This document shows positions 46,901-59,373 of a DNA stretch of 64,000 nucleotides, piece by piece. Location: positions 62,001 through 126,000 of the forward strand of contig CDROCS010000752.1 of NCBI GenBank assembly GCA_977020255.1, read 5' to 3'. The position numbers were made by a program, and so were the translations under genes. The number at the start of each line of letters is the position of its first letter. Position 1 is the stretch's first letter. The stretch comes from Obrimoposthia wandeli (taxonomy: Eukaryota). The notes under the pieces were generated by a model, which did not search any database, was not told the DNA's origin, and worked only from the letters and a program-made list of their open reading frames with translations.

Positions 46901-49900
46901 ACTACAACAAGAAAACATCTAAACTGTTACTAAAAAAATTAAGCATTCTTAGCATGTCTATTTTCATAGGGTGACTCTCCAGAATCTGAAAAATGCAATA
47001 TTATCAGACATCAGCTAAAAAATAAAATGAAAGACGTTAACGATGTTTCAAATTATAGACCAATATAAACTTACAGTGTTTTTATTAAAAACTATGAAAA
47101 GGTTGTTTGCCTACAGTTAGTGTAATTTTTAGTAGTATTGGGGTTTCTATATGAAATTACTGGATAGATCCTAGGATGGAGGCCCCACCGTGAGTTCTAT
47201 AGAAGTAGGGCTTGCTGTTGTTTGTGGCCTACTTAGATTGTGCTTACCTGTCTCAATGTCTAATCTGAAGGTTTGTTTTTGTTTGTTGTTGTGGAGATGT
47301 GTGAAGAGCTGTATATATGGTACTGGAAAATTCGCTTAGTGTTGTGTAATGTACGGAGTAGTTGCTACTAGTTTGATTCTAAAAGCTTTGTTCAAACAAC
47401 ACCGAATAACTGTAGGAAACTTTATTTTCTAAAACCCATTAAGTTACGTTTCAAAAAAATGACAATAACTAATCCTAATTCTCTTCACAAACTTCGCACA
47501 AATGGGGATGTCTTACGTATCAATTTTATCTGTCTTAACAATTACCAAGTTAAGTTTTAATTTCTTTTAATGATTTTATGGATAAAATATGGCAATTCAA
47601 TTGAAACTTTAATGATTTTATGGATAAAATATGGCAATTCAATTTTATTTTAAATGAGAAAGCAAATTTACTTTACTTTCAATCTTTTCAATTTATACCA
47701 ACACTTTTTAATTTCAAAATACTTTTTCAATTTATCCAACACGTTTTTACTCCAAATACTTTTTCGGATTATGTCACACTTTATAATACAGAATACTTTT
47801 TCAGATTATGTCACACTTTAAATTTTAAAATACTTTCAGATTATGTTACACTTTAAATTTCAAAATACCTTTTCGGATTATGTCACACTTTATAATTCAG
47901 ATCAGATTATGTCACACTTTATAATACAGAATACTTTTTCAGATTATGTCACACTTTAAATTTCAAAATACTTTTTCAATTATGTCACACTTTCTAATTC
48001 ATAATACTTTTTCACCTTTAATTTCCAATAACTGGTTACTCCACGGAGTTTGGCTGCTATCCTCAGTCGAGTTGCTAGCGTCCTGGGTATCCTTGGTCTG
48101 ACTGGTCTCGTACGGTCAAGTTGTCCTTCCAAGTGCTGATGAGTCCGCCTTGTGTTGTCTGCACAATCTCCGGTTTATATGGCTCTATCGGGTAGTACTT
48201 TTTCCTTACCTCTGTTCAATTTCCTTTTTGTGTATTTCGATACTCTGTTTCTGATTTTGGCTTTCAATAAATTATTTTATCAGATTTTCTTTTTTTGTGT
48301 CTTGGATTATTCTGAGTTAAGTTTTTATAGTATTTCCTGAAAAACAATTAGTGGTTTTCACTTAACTACTAAGTGCCACTTACCTCCAGACGATGACAGC
48401 TGCTTCGTTCCCAGTCGCTGAGTTGAGGATCTCGCTGAAATGGAATCAGCTGCTCTATTAGCCACACGATGGAAATTGCAATGATTTCTTCTTTTTTGAT
48501 TATACTTAGTTTTCTTCTTATTTGTACTTCGTTTTTCTCTTAATCACTCTCAGTCCTTTTTGGGCCTTAACATTTCCTTATATACAGCACATTCAAAACT
48601 TGACCTCCTCAAGGTCCTAAAATACTTTTTGATTTTATTATTTTATTTAAAATTTTATTTCATTTTTAACCTTGCTCCCAATGATTTATTTTACTATATA
48701 ATAATTAATTTCTTTTTGGTTTTGGTGAGCTCTCACGACTATTTGTCTTTTCAACATTATTATTTTTATTATATCTTCCTGATTTATTGTATATCTCAGT
48801 TCCTTGCTGCCTGACTGCATAATTATTGTATCTACCTGGTGACTGTTGTCTATCCATATACTGATTATTCGTTCTCCATTGCGGCGGAGTATACCCACCA
48901 CCTCTTTTCCATGGCGGGGGTGAATTATATCCTCTGTAATTATTTCCAAAATTATTATTTCCGAATCTATTAGCTCCTAATTTCTTACTTTTGGTACAAT
49001 CTCTCGAATAGTGACCCATTTGTTTACACGTATAACACATATATAACACAATTTATCCTTGATTCGTAACTTCAATAACTTCAATTTCTGCTTGGTTTAC
49101 TTCATCAAACAAATCAGTCAATTCAAAACTGTCGGTTGAAACTGCTGATTGAGTAACGTCTCTCTCCGATTCGTTTTCTTCGATTTTAGCCTCTTCTATT
49201 ACTTCTTTATCAGCTTGAAGAACCTTTTTCAACTCGGCTCAAACTATTATTATTTATATCTTCTTGTGGAATCTGACTTTGTCTTCTAGTATTAAATGCG
49301 GGTCCTTTTTTATTATTCGTTGTCTTATTAATTATGTATTCGTTTACGATATCGATTTACTTATTACTTTTATATCTTATTTCTCAACTATTATTTTACG
49401 AATTCTTATATCAATTTGTCTCTTCGAAGAACTTATCTACTCGATTTATCAATCTATTTACTTTATCTCTTTGAGGAATATATTTACACGATTTATCTTA
49501 TTTAATTTATTTAATTCTAGGAATATATATACTCGACTTAACTCATTCAATTTATTTACTTCGAGGAACGGATCAAATCGATTTAAAAATTTATTCAAAT
49601 TACTTACTTCGAGGAACAACTCAAATTACAAATTTATTCAAATTACTTACTTTGAGGAACAAATCAACTCGATTTATAAATTTATACAAATTACTTACTT
49701 CGATGAACAAATTAATTCGATTTACAAACTTATTTAATTTAATTACTTCGAGGAATATATCAACTCGATTCAAACACTTATTCAAATTAATTACTTCGAG
49801 GAATATATCAACTCGATTCAAATACTTATTCTCAATTCGCTTATCTCAATTTACTTATATATTTTTCTTATATAACTTATTCTTAAATCGCTGTTTTATT

Positions 49901-52900
49901 CTACGTGAATTTGATGTGTCCGACGAGCTATCCTCACTCGGGGCACCAATTTAATATGTTGGGGTTTCTATATGAAATTACTGGATAGATCCTCGGATGG
50001 AGGCTCCACCGTGAGTTCTATAGAAGTAGGGCTTGCAGTTATTTGTGGCCTACTTAGATTGTGCTTACCTGTCTCAATGTCTAATCTGAAGGTTTGTTTT
50101 TGTTTGTTGTTGTGGAGATGTGTGAAGAGCTGTGTATATGGTACTGGAAAATTCCCTTAGTGTGGTGTAGTGTACGGAGTAGTTGCTACTAGTTTGATTC
50201 TAAAAGCTTTGTTCAAACAACACCGAATAACTGTAGGAAACTTTATTCTCTAAAACACACTAAGTTACGTTTCAAAAAAATGACAACAACTAATCCTAAT
50301 TCTCTTCACAAACTTCGCACAAATGGGGATGTCTTACGTATCAATTGTATCTGTCTTAACAATTTCCAAGTTAAGTTTTAATTTCTTTTAATGATTTTAT
50401 GGATAAAATATGGCAATTCAATTGAAACTTTAATGATTTTATGGATAAAATATGGCAATTTTCTTATATACAGCACATTAAACACTTGACCTCCTCAAGG
50501 TCCTAAAATACTTTTAGATTTTATTATTTTATTTTAAATTTTATTTAAAATTTTATTTCATTTTTAACCTTGCTTTTAAGGATTTATTTTACTATATAAT
50601 AATTAATTATTTTTGAAAATTATTAAAATCCTAATCCTAACAGTAGAAAACAATTAAGTCCAAAGTTTAATCATTACACAAAGGATTTCATTCAACGTAA
50701 ACAACCTTATAAGGAGTATAATGAAATTATGAATTAAATTATTTAGGGAGAGTGCGTACTCATGATTTTTTGAAACCTTTTCTTTGCATTTGATACAGTA
50801 GATTATACAATGAGGTTAGGAGAATTTTATGAACTGGGTTTGCTAAATATTGAACTAATTTGGTTTGAAATTTATTTGAATTGCTTTAAACAAAATGTTG
50901 AAATTGATCAATATAGATCTGAAAGTTGTGTTTTATAATCAGGTGTTCCCCAATGATCAATTTTGTTCACAATTTATATGTAAAAATCCAAATTTCAAAT
51001 TTCAAATCAACTACAACTTGTACAATTAGGATACTCAAATAAATGTAGAATTCGATATTTTTGATTGTATAAATACTTTGAGTGAATTTAAATGTATTTT
51101 AGACGACGTTAAAATAGATGAAATGAAAATTACTTAAACTTACCAAATACAAAGAGAAGCTTTTTTCAGTTCAACAAAAATATTTACAAATTAAAGATCT
51201 TCTCTCGAAATCGGTAAACACTTAATTGAACTTAAAGCTTTGTAAAATATGCCTACTTGACTAAAATCTGATCAGGGTTCTAAAAATAAACAAAACAGTA
51301 AGGACCCAATTATGAGTTTCAAATATGAAAATACTCATTGAAACAAAACAATTTTAATTACACAACATAAATTATCATCTAAACCAGCGTTTCTCAAACT
51401 GGGGGCCGTAGGGGATTTTATAGGGGGCCGCGGGCTATATATCGAAAGTGCAGAAATTTGTATACCGGTATATAGTACGGTCTTCATTTTAGGTACTATC
51501 TAATAATTAAAGTATAAATATATTTTTATTGACTGTGTATTAAGTTATTTTTTTAAATAAATATTGTAGTTAAAACATTATGTATTATAATAGAAACTAA
51601 TATAATTGATTGTTTGAATATTTCAATTTACAAAATATTTAAATACCCCAATTTTTAAATTTTCAAAATCTTAATATCATGCCATCAACAAATACATCTA
51701 AGAAGCGTAAATACAATGATACATATATCGCATATGAATTTACCAAGATCATATCGTCGAATGTTGAAAAACCACAATGCGTTTTATGCCAAGAAGTTTT
51801 ATCATCCGAAGCACTGAAGCCTAGCAAGAAGATACACCATCTAAAATCAAAGCATCCTGCATATGTGAACAAGCCTGTGGATTTTTTTAAAAGCAAAGAA
51901 GTTTCTACTAAACAAGCTAGATTAGATTCGACAGGGGCTTTTGTGAAACAAACTGAAGCAGCTGTACAAGCTTCATTTTTAGTGTCTTATCGTATTGCCC
52001 AAGCTAAGAAGCCGCACAACATCGGCGAAAGTCTCTTACTCCCAGCCTGTATTGATATTGTGTCATCCATCCTTGGTGCTGCCAGTGCAAAGAAACTTGA
52101 AGTATTATCACTATCCAACGATACTGTCCTCCGCCGTATTCAGAGTATGTCCAATAATATTGAGGAACAAGTGATTGACCAGCTCAAAATGTCGACATGT
52201 GGATTGTTTGCGATTCAGTTAGACGAGACCACTGATGTTGCAGATTGTGCACAGCTAATCGTTTACGCTCGCTATGTTTATAATTCGGAAATCAAGGATG
52301 AGTTCTTGTTCTGCAGCGAACTAGAGTCTACGACTACGGCACAAGATATATTCAACAAAGTCAACGTATTCTTCGAAGTTAATGGCATTAATTGGGAAAA
52401 TCTATGCGGAATATGTACAGATGGAGCTCCCAGCATGGTTGGTATAAAGTCCGGATTTCAACAGAAAGTTAAGGAAATATCTCCGAATGTTATTCACACC
52501 CATTGTATGATTCACAGGCAAGTGCTATTTTTGTTTAATTTTTATATGTTTCACAGGCAAATGCTAGCATTAAAGACGATGATGAATGATCTCATTAAAA
52601 TGGTGAACATAAAGAAATTGGCATTAAACAGTCGTATTTTTCAAAAATTATGTTTTGAAATGGGAAACGATTACGAAGGATTATTATATTATTCACACGT
52701 CCGGTGGTTGTCCAAAGGAAATGTCTTACAGCGTTTCTACAGTTTGAAGGAAGAGATTGCGGAGTTTTTCGAAAAGAACCTTTTAACCTTGAAAACGAAA
52801 TCTCGTTATCGATTACTAGTGGAATCCGATCTCCGATGTGCGTTATCGACAACCAAGCCCAATATCAGTGAACTCGCGTCGAAAATGCAGCACCATCCCT

Positions 52901-53979
52901 CTCATTAATAGTCTTACTGTATTTTTTAATATAATGTTACGCAACAAGTTTTATAAGTGTTTGTTCGTAGAGGGGCCACGGGTGGGTTGAACTTTTTAAA
53001 AGGAGCCACGAATAAAAAAAGTTTGAGAACCACTGATCTAAACTATATTTTCAAAATTCGCCTCGATACAATACTCCCGAATGTAACTGTAAAGGATTAA
53101 GAATGATAAAAAATTAAAAATGCGAATTTATAAATATCAAACTGAAAAAGTTTGGTTGGTTACCTGTTAGAGAAAAACATAATAAAATAATGATAAACGT
53201 AAGGAAGTATTTAGTAGAGAAGCAGTCAAGATAATAACAGAATACAAGATTGAAATTCCAAAACATTTGAAAAATGACCGAATTTTAAAAAATCGATAAG
53301 AAAAAATATTTTCAATATTTGTTTCATAGGCGTGTAACACATTGGCCAACGAAATTCTGGAAAATTGAATAAACAAAACTTCGGGAAATTTTAAATCAAA
53401 TTTATCAGTCTTAAAATTTTAATATAAATCTATAGTGAAATAGTTCATTTTAGAAAATGTACTAAACTTTATACAAATTTATAAGTAAATTCGTGATATT
53501 AATTTTATAATTTGCTCTTTAACTCTATACTATTAATCTTTAATTCATTATTATCGTAAATGAATATTACAAAAATTTTACATAAATTGCTCATAAAATT
53601 GAAAATCCGACATATCTAGATTTACGAATTACGCTTTAAAGAAGAATAAAAAAATTATTGTTTCAATTATAATTATCAAATTTTAGGTTGTTAAACCTAT
53701 AACATAACCAAATTTGGATTAATATTTTAACACTGAAATAAAAATAAATTCACCCACCTTTTTACGATCTTCGACAATTTTTTGCCTAACTAAAATATCT
53801 TCTCTGCTCATTTCTTTTCGTTCCTTGAGTAGACGTTTTTTCAACCTCTCTGGAATTGGTCTGACTGGGTTGTTAATAATGGAGTATGTGACACGATTTA
53901 TGTCTACCAGATCTTTTTCTTCTTCAAGATTGTTTTCAATGAGATCCTCAGCCATCAATAGTTCTTTTAATTTGAGCAT
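40988..53979 (-). CDS. Stathmin-domain protein; coding exons 53979(or 53989)-53758 and 41113-40988, with a 12.6-kb intron
   Basis: VTYSII..P..IPERL..EMSREDILVRQKIVEDRKK|LLEEDRLRKIQEHHSRVEDLKLKK. AAG|GTGGGT donor and TTTTAG|TTA acceptor are both phase 0. 5' end uncertain. Confidence 0.7.
41800..42310 (-). mobile_element. CR1/L2-type LINE RT 3' relic
   Basis: YDDAQL, WMKSRKLKMNENKT, KLHWLP. Confidence 0.7.
43200..44050 (+). mobile_element. Degraded RT/RNase H-like retroelement fragment
   Basis: HLDNIY and RTDSNPADAPTR (NPAD..SR-type RNase H end), plus a GC shift. Confidence 0.35.
44530..44980 (+). mobile_element. hAT (Buster/Charlie-like) transposase relic
   Basis: HIVSESIILPVVKII...ISRVPLSNDTVQRQIFDIS. 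Confidence 0.7.
47745..47995. repeat. ~36-37-bp tandem repeat inside the LTR element (core GATTATGTCACACTTT)
   Basis: About 7 visible copies. Confidence 0.85.
48705..49230 (-). pseudogene. gag: gag-like nucleocapsid region with CCHC zinc knuckle, acidic upstream segment
   Basis: CYTCKQMGHYSRDC, followed by an N/G/R-rich tail. Stops and frameshift upstream. Confidence 0.75.
49440..49860. repeat. ~45-48-bp tandem repeat in the LTR-element leader (core TTACTTCGAGGAA)
   Basis: About 8 degenerate copies. Confidence 0.75.
51385..53035 (+). mobile_element. hAT Buster-family element, internally deleted, with intact TIRs and TSD
   Basis: TIRs CAGCGTTTCTCAAACT / AGTTTGAGAACCACTG. Perfect 8-bp TSD ATCTAAAC with central TA. 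Confidence 0.95.
51679..52908 (+). CDS. ZBED5/Buster-like transposase, open frame but lacking part of the catalytic domain; contains a 39-nt GC-AG intron (52518-52556)
   Basis: BED finger CVLC..HLKSKH, LDETTD, CTDGA, HCMIH, VRWLS and C-terminal SH. The STxxCExxFS segment is absent. Confidence 0.88.
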   Translation: MPSTNTSKKRKYNDTYIAYEFTKIISSNVEKPQCVLCQEVLSSEALKPSKKIHHLKSKHPAYVNKPVDFFKSKEVSTKQARLDSTGAFVKQTEAAVQASFLVSYRIAQAKKPHNIGESLLLPACIDIVSSILGAASAKKLEVLSLSNDTVLRRIQSMSNNIEEQVIDQLKMSTCGLFAIQLDETTDVADCAQLIVYARYVYNSEIKDEFLFCSELESTTTAQDIFNKVNVFFEVNGINWENLCGICTDGAPSMVGIKSGFQQKVKEISPNVIHTHCMIHRQVLFLFNFYMFHRQMLALKTMMNDLIKMVNIKKLALNSRIFQKLCFEMGNDYEGLLYYSHVRWLSKGNVLQRFYSLKEEIAEFFEKNLLTLKTKSRYRLLVESDLRCALSTTKPNISELASKMQHHPSH

Positions 53980-54705
53980 CTTATGAATACTGCATCAATA
54001 TTCTGAAATCAATATTGAATTATAAAATAATTTTAATAATTATTTAACTAAAAAAATCTATGGAATATGACTGATCTTCATTAATATTTAGATATAATTT
54101 TTGAAGAAAATCATCTATTATGTTCAGTTGACCTTTGTTCATTATCGTGATTTTAAATATAGATAATATTTTTGGCCTAGAATATTGAAACCCTCAATTG
54201 TTAGTTCTTTACGAAACCAGAATTATGGTCGTCTTTATATACTTTGAATCAAAAGAGTTATAAAATAAATAATGCATTTCTTTTATGAGAAAATAGTTCA
54301 GGAATTTGGGTTTATAGTTATCAATAAAATCCCAGGTTGAATAATTGTATTCTTTAACATAAATATTTTTACATTATCTTAATAATTTATTGTGATCTCA
54401 AAAATTTGTGAACATACTTTACAGTTTTTAATCTGTATTTGACTAATATTTGTAAAGGTTGAAATATATTTCCTATAAATTATCAGAAACAAGAAAAAAC
54501 AATTAATAAATAGATAAGATAAAAGTACATAATCAAATATTATTTTTTAATTCTTAAAATAATTAGTCAATTTTTTACACATCAAAATAATAATCAATTA
54601 TATTATTATTATGCATTGTTTAAATATTTGTAAAGGTCAGTCGTGTTATTACATAACTGCTTATTTCAAATTCTCGCTGTTGCTTGATAGTCTTCATTAT
54701 TTAGC

Positions 54706-54904
54706 ATGGACTGTCAACCATTATTCCCAAGACTTTGTATAGTAAAGAATTGGGGAAAATCTTACGGATTTAAGCTCGCATCTAAGAAAATAAACGAGAA
54801 AACAACGTATCACTATGTAAATTACGTGGCTGAGAATTCTAGTGCTATGTATGCCGGATTAGAAAAAGGAGATCGACTTATTGAAGTTAATGGTGTCAGT
54901 ATAG
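54706..54904 (+). CDS. NHERF/PDZK1-type PDZ domain exon (paralog 1)
   Basis: PRLC..WGKSYGFKL...V..NSSA..AGLEKGDRLIEVNG. Acceptor at 54704, donor at 54905, upstream 69-nt intron from 54636. Confidence 0.8.
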
Positions 54905-56819
54905 GTAAGAACTTATACAAAACTGATTTTTATTGATTAACACTCTACAACTGACTTATATACATCAATAATTGAAAGTAATAAAAAAAAATATCTAGTA
55001 TGATTTTAAGACTGAAAAGTGCTCTACAATGGAATTTTAAATATAAAGCAATCTAAACTGGAAAAAATTTGCCTAAGCATCTACAACTTTGAACTTTTAG
55101 AAATTTACTGACAATTGAGACTGAAAATTATTCTTGTATAATTTGAAAATTTCAAGATTAATAAAAATGCTTTCATGTTACAGAATTTTAAGCAGCCAAT
55201 ATTTCGTATCAGGTTATTAAAGTTAAAAAGCGAAATGATTTTTGTAAATAAGAAATGCAGATGTTTGAGAAAACACAAAATCAACATAAAACATAAAATC
55301 AATATTTTAATAGTAGTCTGTAAAGTTTGAGGTAAAATAGCCATTGATACAAACACTGCTTGGCTAGCTTTATAACTATCTACAACATTTCCATTGTATT
55401 AAACACTTAACTTTTTGGAACCATTGAAAGATCAAAACTATGGTTCATTTTCACAAGCCTATAAAGTTGTGTAAATTTGCTTAGTGTGCAACGTTCTCTC
55501 TGTAAAATATGGCAACATGAATGTTTAGCAGCCTGTTAAAATATTACACGCCTCTTTTTGAGCATATAATTTATCTAAGAACTTTCTATAATGTGACAAC
55601 CTTTATTGACTGAAGTACATTGTTATATATAGATATAATTATAAAAATTATTTTGAAAATTTTACTGCAAAACATTCTTTCTTGTGTCAGTTTTATTTTT
55701 CTTTGGTTACGTTTTCTTAGACAGAAATTAATATAAAGGTATTACACAACATTTTATTGAATATTTTGTTGCAGAATTCTTAGATATACTTTCGTTCTAC
55801 TTGTTTTTCGCAGAATAAAAGCGTTAGAGCACACGGGGAATTATATGTTGAATTCATTTAGAATACATTTGAAATATAAAGTGACTGTCTTTTATACTTT
55901 ATTAATTATATTATAAAACATTGAAATTAGGTCATTTTAATCGAATTATAGCAACAACAAATAGTCAAGTCATGTGTTTATTTTTTACATATTTATAGTA
56001 AAATGACGGTAGTAATAACCAGGGGTAAAACATCAAAGATTTTAAAAAGAATTAGAAAATGTTCCGCAATATATTAACTTTAACATTTTAGAATTTTACT
56101 ATTTGTTGTCAAAAAAAGTAATATCGAAAATTTAATTAATATCATAATTGATACAATACTTACGCTCTAAATGATTTACAGTGACGTAATAAAATATGGA
56201 CAAATGTTTGATTCATAAACGATATAACATTTGACTTCGTCTCATTATCGAATCTGTATTTCGTGACCATTTTATAATTCTGAATTAAATGTATGCATAT
56301 TTTATAACTACTTTTATGTAAATTCAAAATTTAGAGTTTATGAAAATAAATGTAATACTTTCAAAAGCAAAGGCTATTTTTAAAATTTTTATTTTCAATA
56401 TTCACAACTTTTACTATCAGTGTTGAGTTTTTTAAATCTAAGTTTTGTTTATCAAGTGAAAAAATCCATTCTAAATTATATTATTTGTTATATAATTTAA
56501 TGAAAATAATTTATAGATAAATAATAATAACAGGCAAGTTTAAGTCAAAAATAAATTTATTTATTTTTATAAAAAAATAAATACAATACTTTCAAAGACA
56601 AAAAACAGTTTTTCAGATTAAAGTTTTTACGAAAATAACATCAAACTTTGTAACAATGTCACAGGTTTTTTTCAACTTGTTTACTTTTCTAAATCTATAT
56701 TTTAATTACCAAATAAAATTATGAACAAATTAATAAATTATTTTAATTAACTTGTTGTGTAATTTGACATATAATTTGCACATAATGAATACTAACAAGC
56801 AAATTTAAGCAACAAAGAA

Positions 56820-57310
56820 AAATTTCTATAATAGTTTTTTAAACAAAATCAAATATCTCAAATTCGTATTATTTTGCTAATAATTTTGTATTCATATTGG
56901 AAAAGGAAATCTTCTATTTTAAACGTTACACTTTTTAATAGACAACCCTGTAATTAATAGAATAAAATGTTTGATAATATTAACAAGCAGTTCAAAATAT
57001 GAATAAAACATAATATTTTTTAGTTATTTACTTAGCAGGAAAAATATTTTTTACTATAAAACCTTCAAAATTTCTATAATAGTTTTTTAAACAAAATCAA
57101 ATAACTCAAATTCGTATTATTTTGCTAATAATTTTGTATTCATATCAGAAAAGGAAATATTCTATTTTAAACGTTACACTTTTTAATAGATGACCCTGTA
57201 ATTAATAGAATAAAATGTTTGATAATATTAACAAGCAGTTCAAAATATGAATAAAAAATAATATTTTTTAGTTATTTACTAAGCAGGAAAAATATTTTTT
57301 ACTATAAAAT
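56820..57310. repeat. Tandem duplication, 248-bp period, 2 copies
   Basis: AAATTTCTATAATAGTTTTTTAAAC starts at ~56820 and again at 57068. Confidence 0.9.
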
Positions 57311-57515
57311 ATTCAAACATACATCACTATTATAATTAATTATTTATGTATCAAAAATACTATATTGTTTTTGGTTGGTTACTTCGATAATGGCCAATTT
57401 ATATAAAGATTTATTAAAACCGTAAACTAAACAATTTCTAGAAATTTAAAATTGATAAAATATATATGAATTTTATAACATTTTTAAAAGTGTTTTTAAA
57501 TTTATTCCAAATTAA

Positions 57516-59059
57516 CACTAGAACTGCCAACATTTTTTTAAATATATAAACCTCCAAAAACAGTCTTTGTGACTGCTATTATAAAAAAAAACACAAAAAA
57601 AATAAAATGAACTAAATTTGTTTCATGCAATGAACGAAGATATATCGCATGATGGAAATAGAAGAAAATAGAATAAAATAATTGGAGATGATTATATTAT
57701 TGAAGAAAATGATGAGTTTAGTGAAGAAGAGAAAATTGATCATGTACCAGCAGTCGATGGTCAAAAAAATAATTATGAATCTAGTGACGGTATTACTATT
57801 ATTACTACTTGGAGTGCTTGTGATATTACTAATGTAGAACGTTTTACTTCTGAAAATGTATTCAAAGTTAATACTGACTTAAAATCATTTGTTAAAAAAA
57901 TTTTATGTGAAGAAAATAAGTTTAGTTCTTTTTATTATCTTTTTATACAGCTATGGTATCACATATTTCAATATTTACGACAAAGGAAGGATGACGACAG
58001 TTTACAAAATGATAATTATAACGTAACGGAACAGAAAATTCTTGGTTTGATTAGATTATTTATAATAAGAGGAGTGACAGGTAATTCTAAAATGAATTTA
58101 GAAGACTTGTGGTCAGATAATGGGTTATGGAAATATTCAGAGATACCTTTTCTCGAAAGAGATTCCGTGATATAATGTGATTCTTTGTAACAGAAAACAA
58201 CTTTCTATCGATATGTAAGATATAGAAAAGAAAATGGATTTGCATAATTCTAAAAGAAAACAATGCATTTTTGACAATATTTAAGTGTAAACCCAAAAAG
58301 GTGGTCACAATTCTGAGCACGTTTCATCAATCCCACAGTATCGATAAAAATCATAAAGGGAAACTTCCGGATGTAGTAAAATTTTATAATTACACAGAGA
58401 CCGATGTTGATAGTTGCGATCAAATGTCTCGGTTATATACAGCTCGTTCAGGGACTCGAAGATGACCAGTAATGGCATTTGGTAATATAATTGATTTTGC
58501 TGGAATAAACTCCTGGATAATTTATAGAAATGCTACAGATTCAAATATTAGTCGTAAAGCTTTTTTTACTAGCTATAGGAGAAGAGTTATGAACACCTTA
58601 ATATTAGGTAGACAACAGATCAATGAGAATCCAGCAATATTAGAGTAAAGAATACAGAAACGAAAACAATGTCAAATAACTAGCCATAGCAACAAGTCAT
58701 TTGATCTATGTTCAAATTGTGAACAGATTTGCTGTGGATCATGTATATGGACAAAATCAACACTCATTAAGTGTGAAGATTGTATTTTAATTCTATTAAT
58801 ATATTTTTAATGCATTTACATTTGTTAATAATTATTGTAACTTAAATATTACCCTTAATTTTTAAACAGTCCGAATGACTGTTTCGGCGGTTTATGTATA
58901 AATTTAAAATAATCCATTATTTGTGCATATTGAAGCGTTAATGTATTGATATTCTGAAAGTAGAGCAAAAATTAGTAAAAGTAATAAAATATCAGAAAAA
59001 CTTATATAAAATGAGTATGTTACAGTTCATTTTATAAGATTGCTTTGGCGGATCTAGTG
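57516..59059 (+). mobile_element. piggyBac element, internally deleted, degenerate PGBD4-like transposase
   Basis: TTAA|CACTAGAACTGCC ... GGCGGATCTAGTG|TTAA; LPDVVKFYN...VDSCDQM...TRR; Cys-rich C-terminus. Confidence 0.88.
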
Positions 59060-59300
59060 TTAATAAATTAATTTATATTTGATTAATAATGATAAATAAT
59101 AACGCAGAAAATCTATAACATTGAGTCTTTATAAAGCTCGTATTGTAATTTATAATAAATACAGTGTGTTACAGACATTGCGTTTTAGAAAAATCAAACA
59201 CTTATTAGCTAAAATTGTTTATTTGACAAAATTCAGCTACTTACAATATGTTAATCCCCAATTAGAAATTCTTAATTAGATTATAAGGAAGGATTACAGA

Positions 59301-59373
59301 CCATTGATAGTTCAGTGGTAGATATGTGACTTGCAAGTAGTGAAATTCGTAGTTCACTTCCCAGTTGTGACAA
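59301..59373 (+). pseudogene. tRNA-like sequence (pseudo-tRNA or SINE head), degraded
   Basis: GATAGTTCAGTGGTAGA A-box/D-arm, TTGCAA loop; homologous to 61145-61073. Confidence 0.55.

Larger units (their letters stand above)
47136..50642 (-). mobile_element. Non-autonomous gag-only LTR element in tandem form (LTR-int-LTR-deleted int), flanked by (A)GTAG TSD
   Basis: Two 405-bp LTRs (47136-47540 and 49957-50361, T(G/A)TT...AACA). PBS TGGTGCCCCGAGTGAGGA at 49948-49931. 50362-50610 repeats internal segments 47541-47639 and ~48577-48720. GTAG at 47132-47135 and 50643-50646. Confidence 0.85.
46960..51330 (+). mobile_element. LINE RT relic split by the LTR element at 47136-50642
   Basis: NYRPI..EKVV..FLV before the insertion, and ENN..KGF, AFDTVDY, GVPQ, LDD after it. 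Confidence 0.7.

Noticed and set aside
48270-48385. Chromodomain remnant in the gag-only LTR element
   Set aside because: Only a VK*K and ENL..FIE resemblance across stops; too weak to call.
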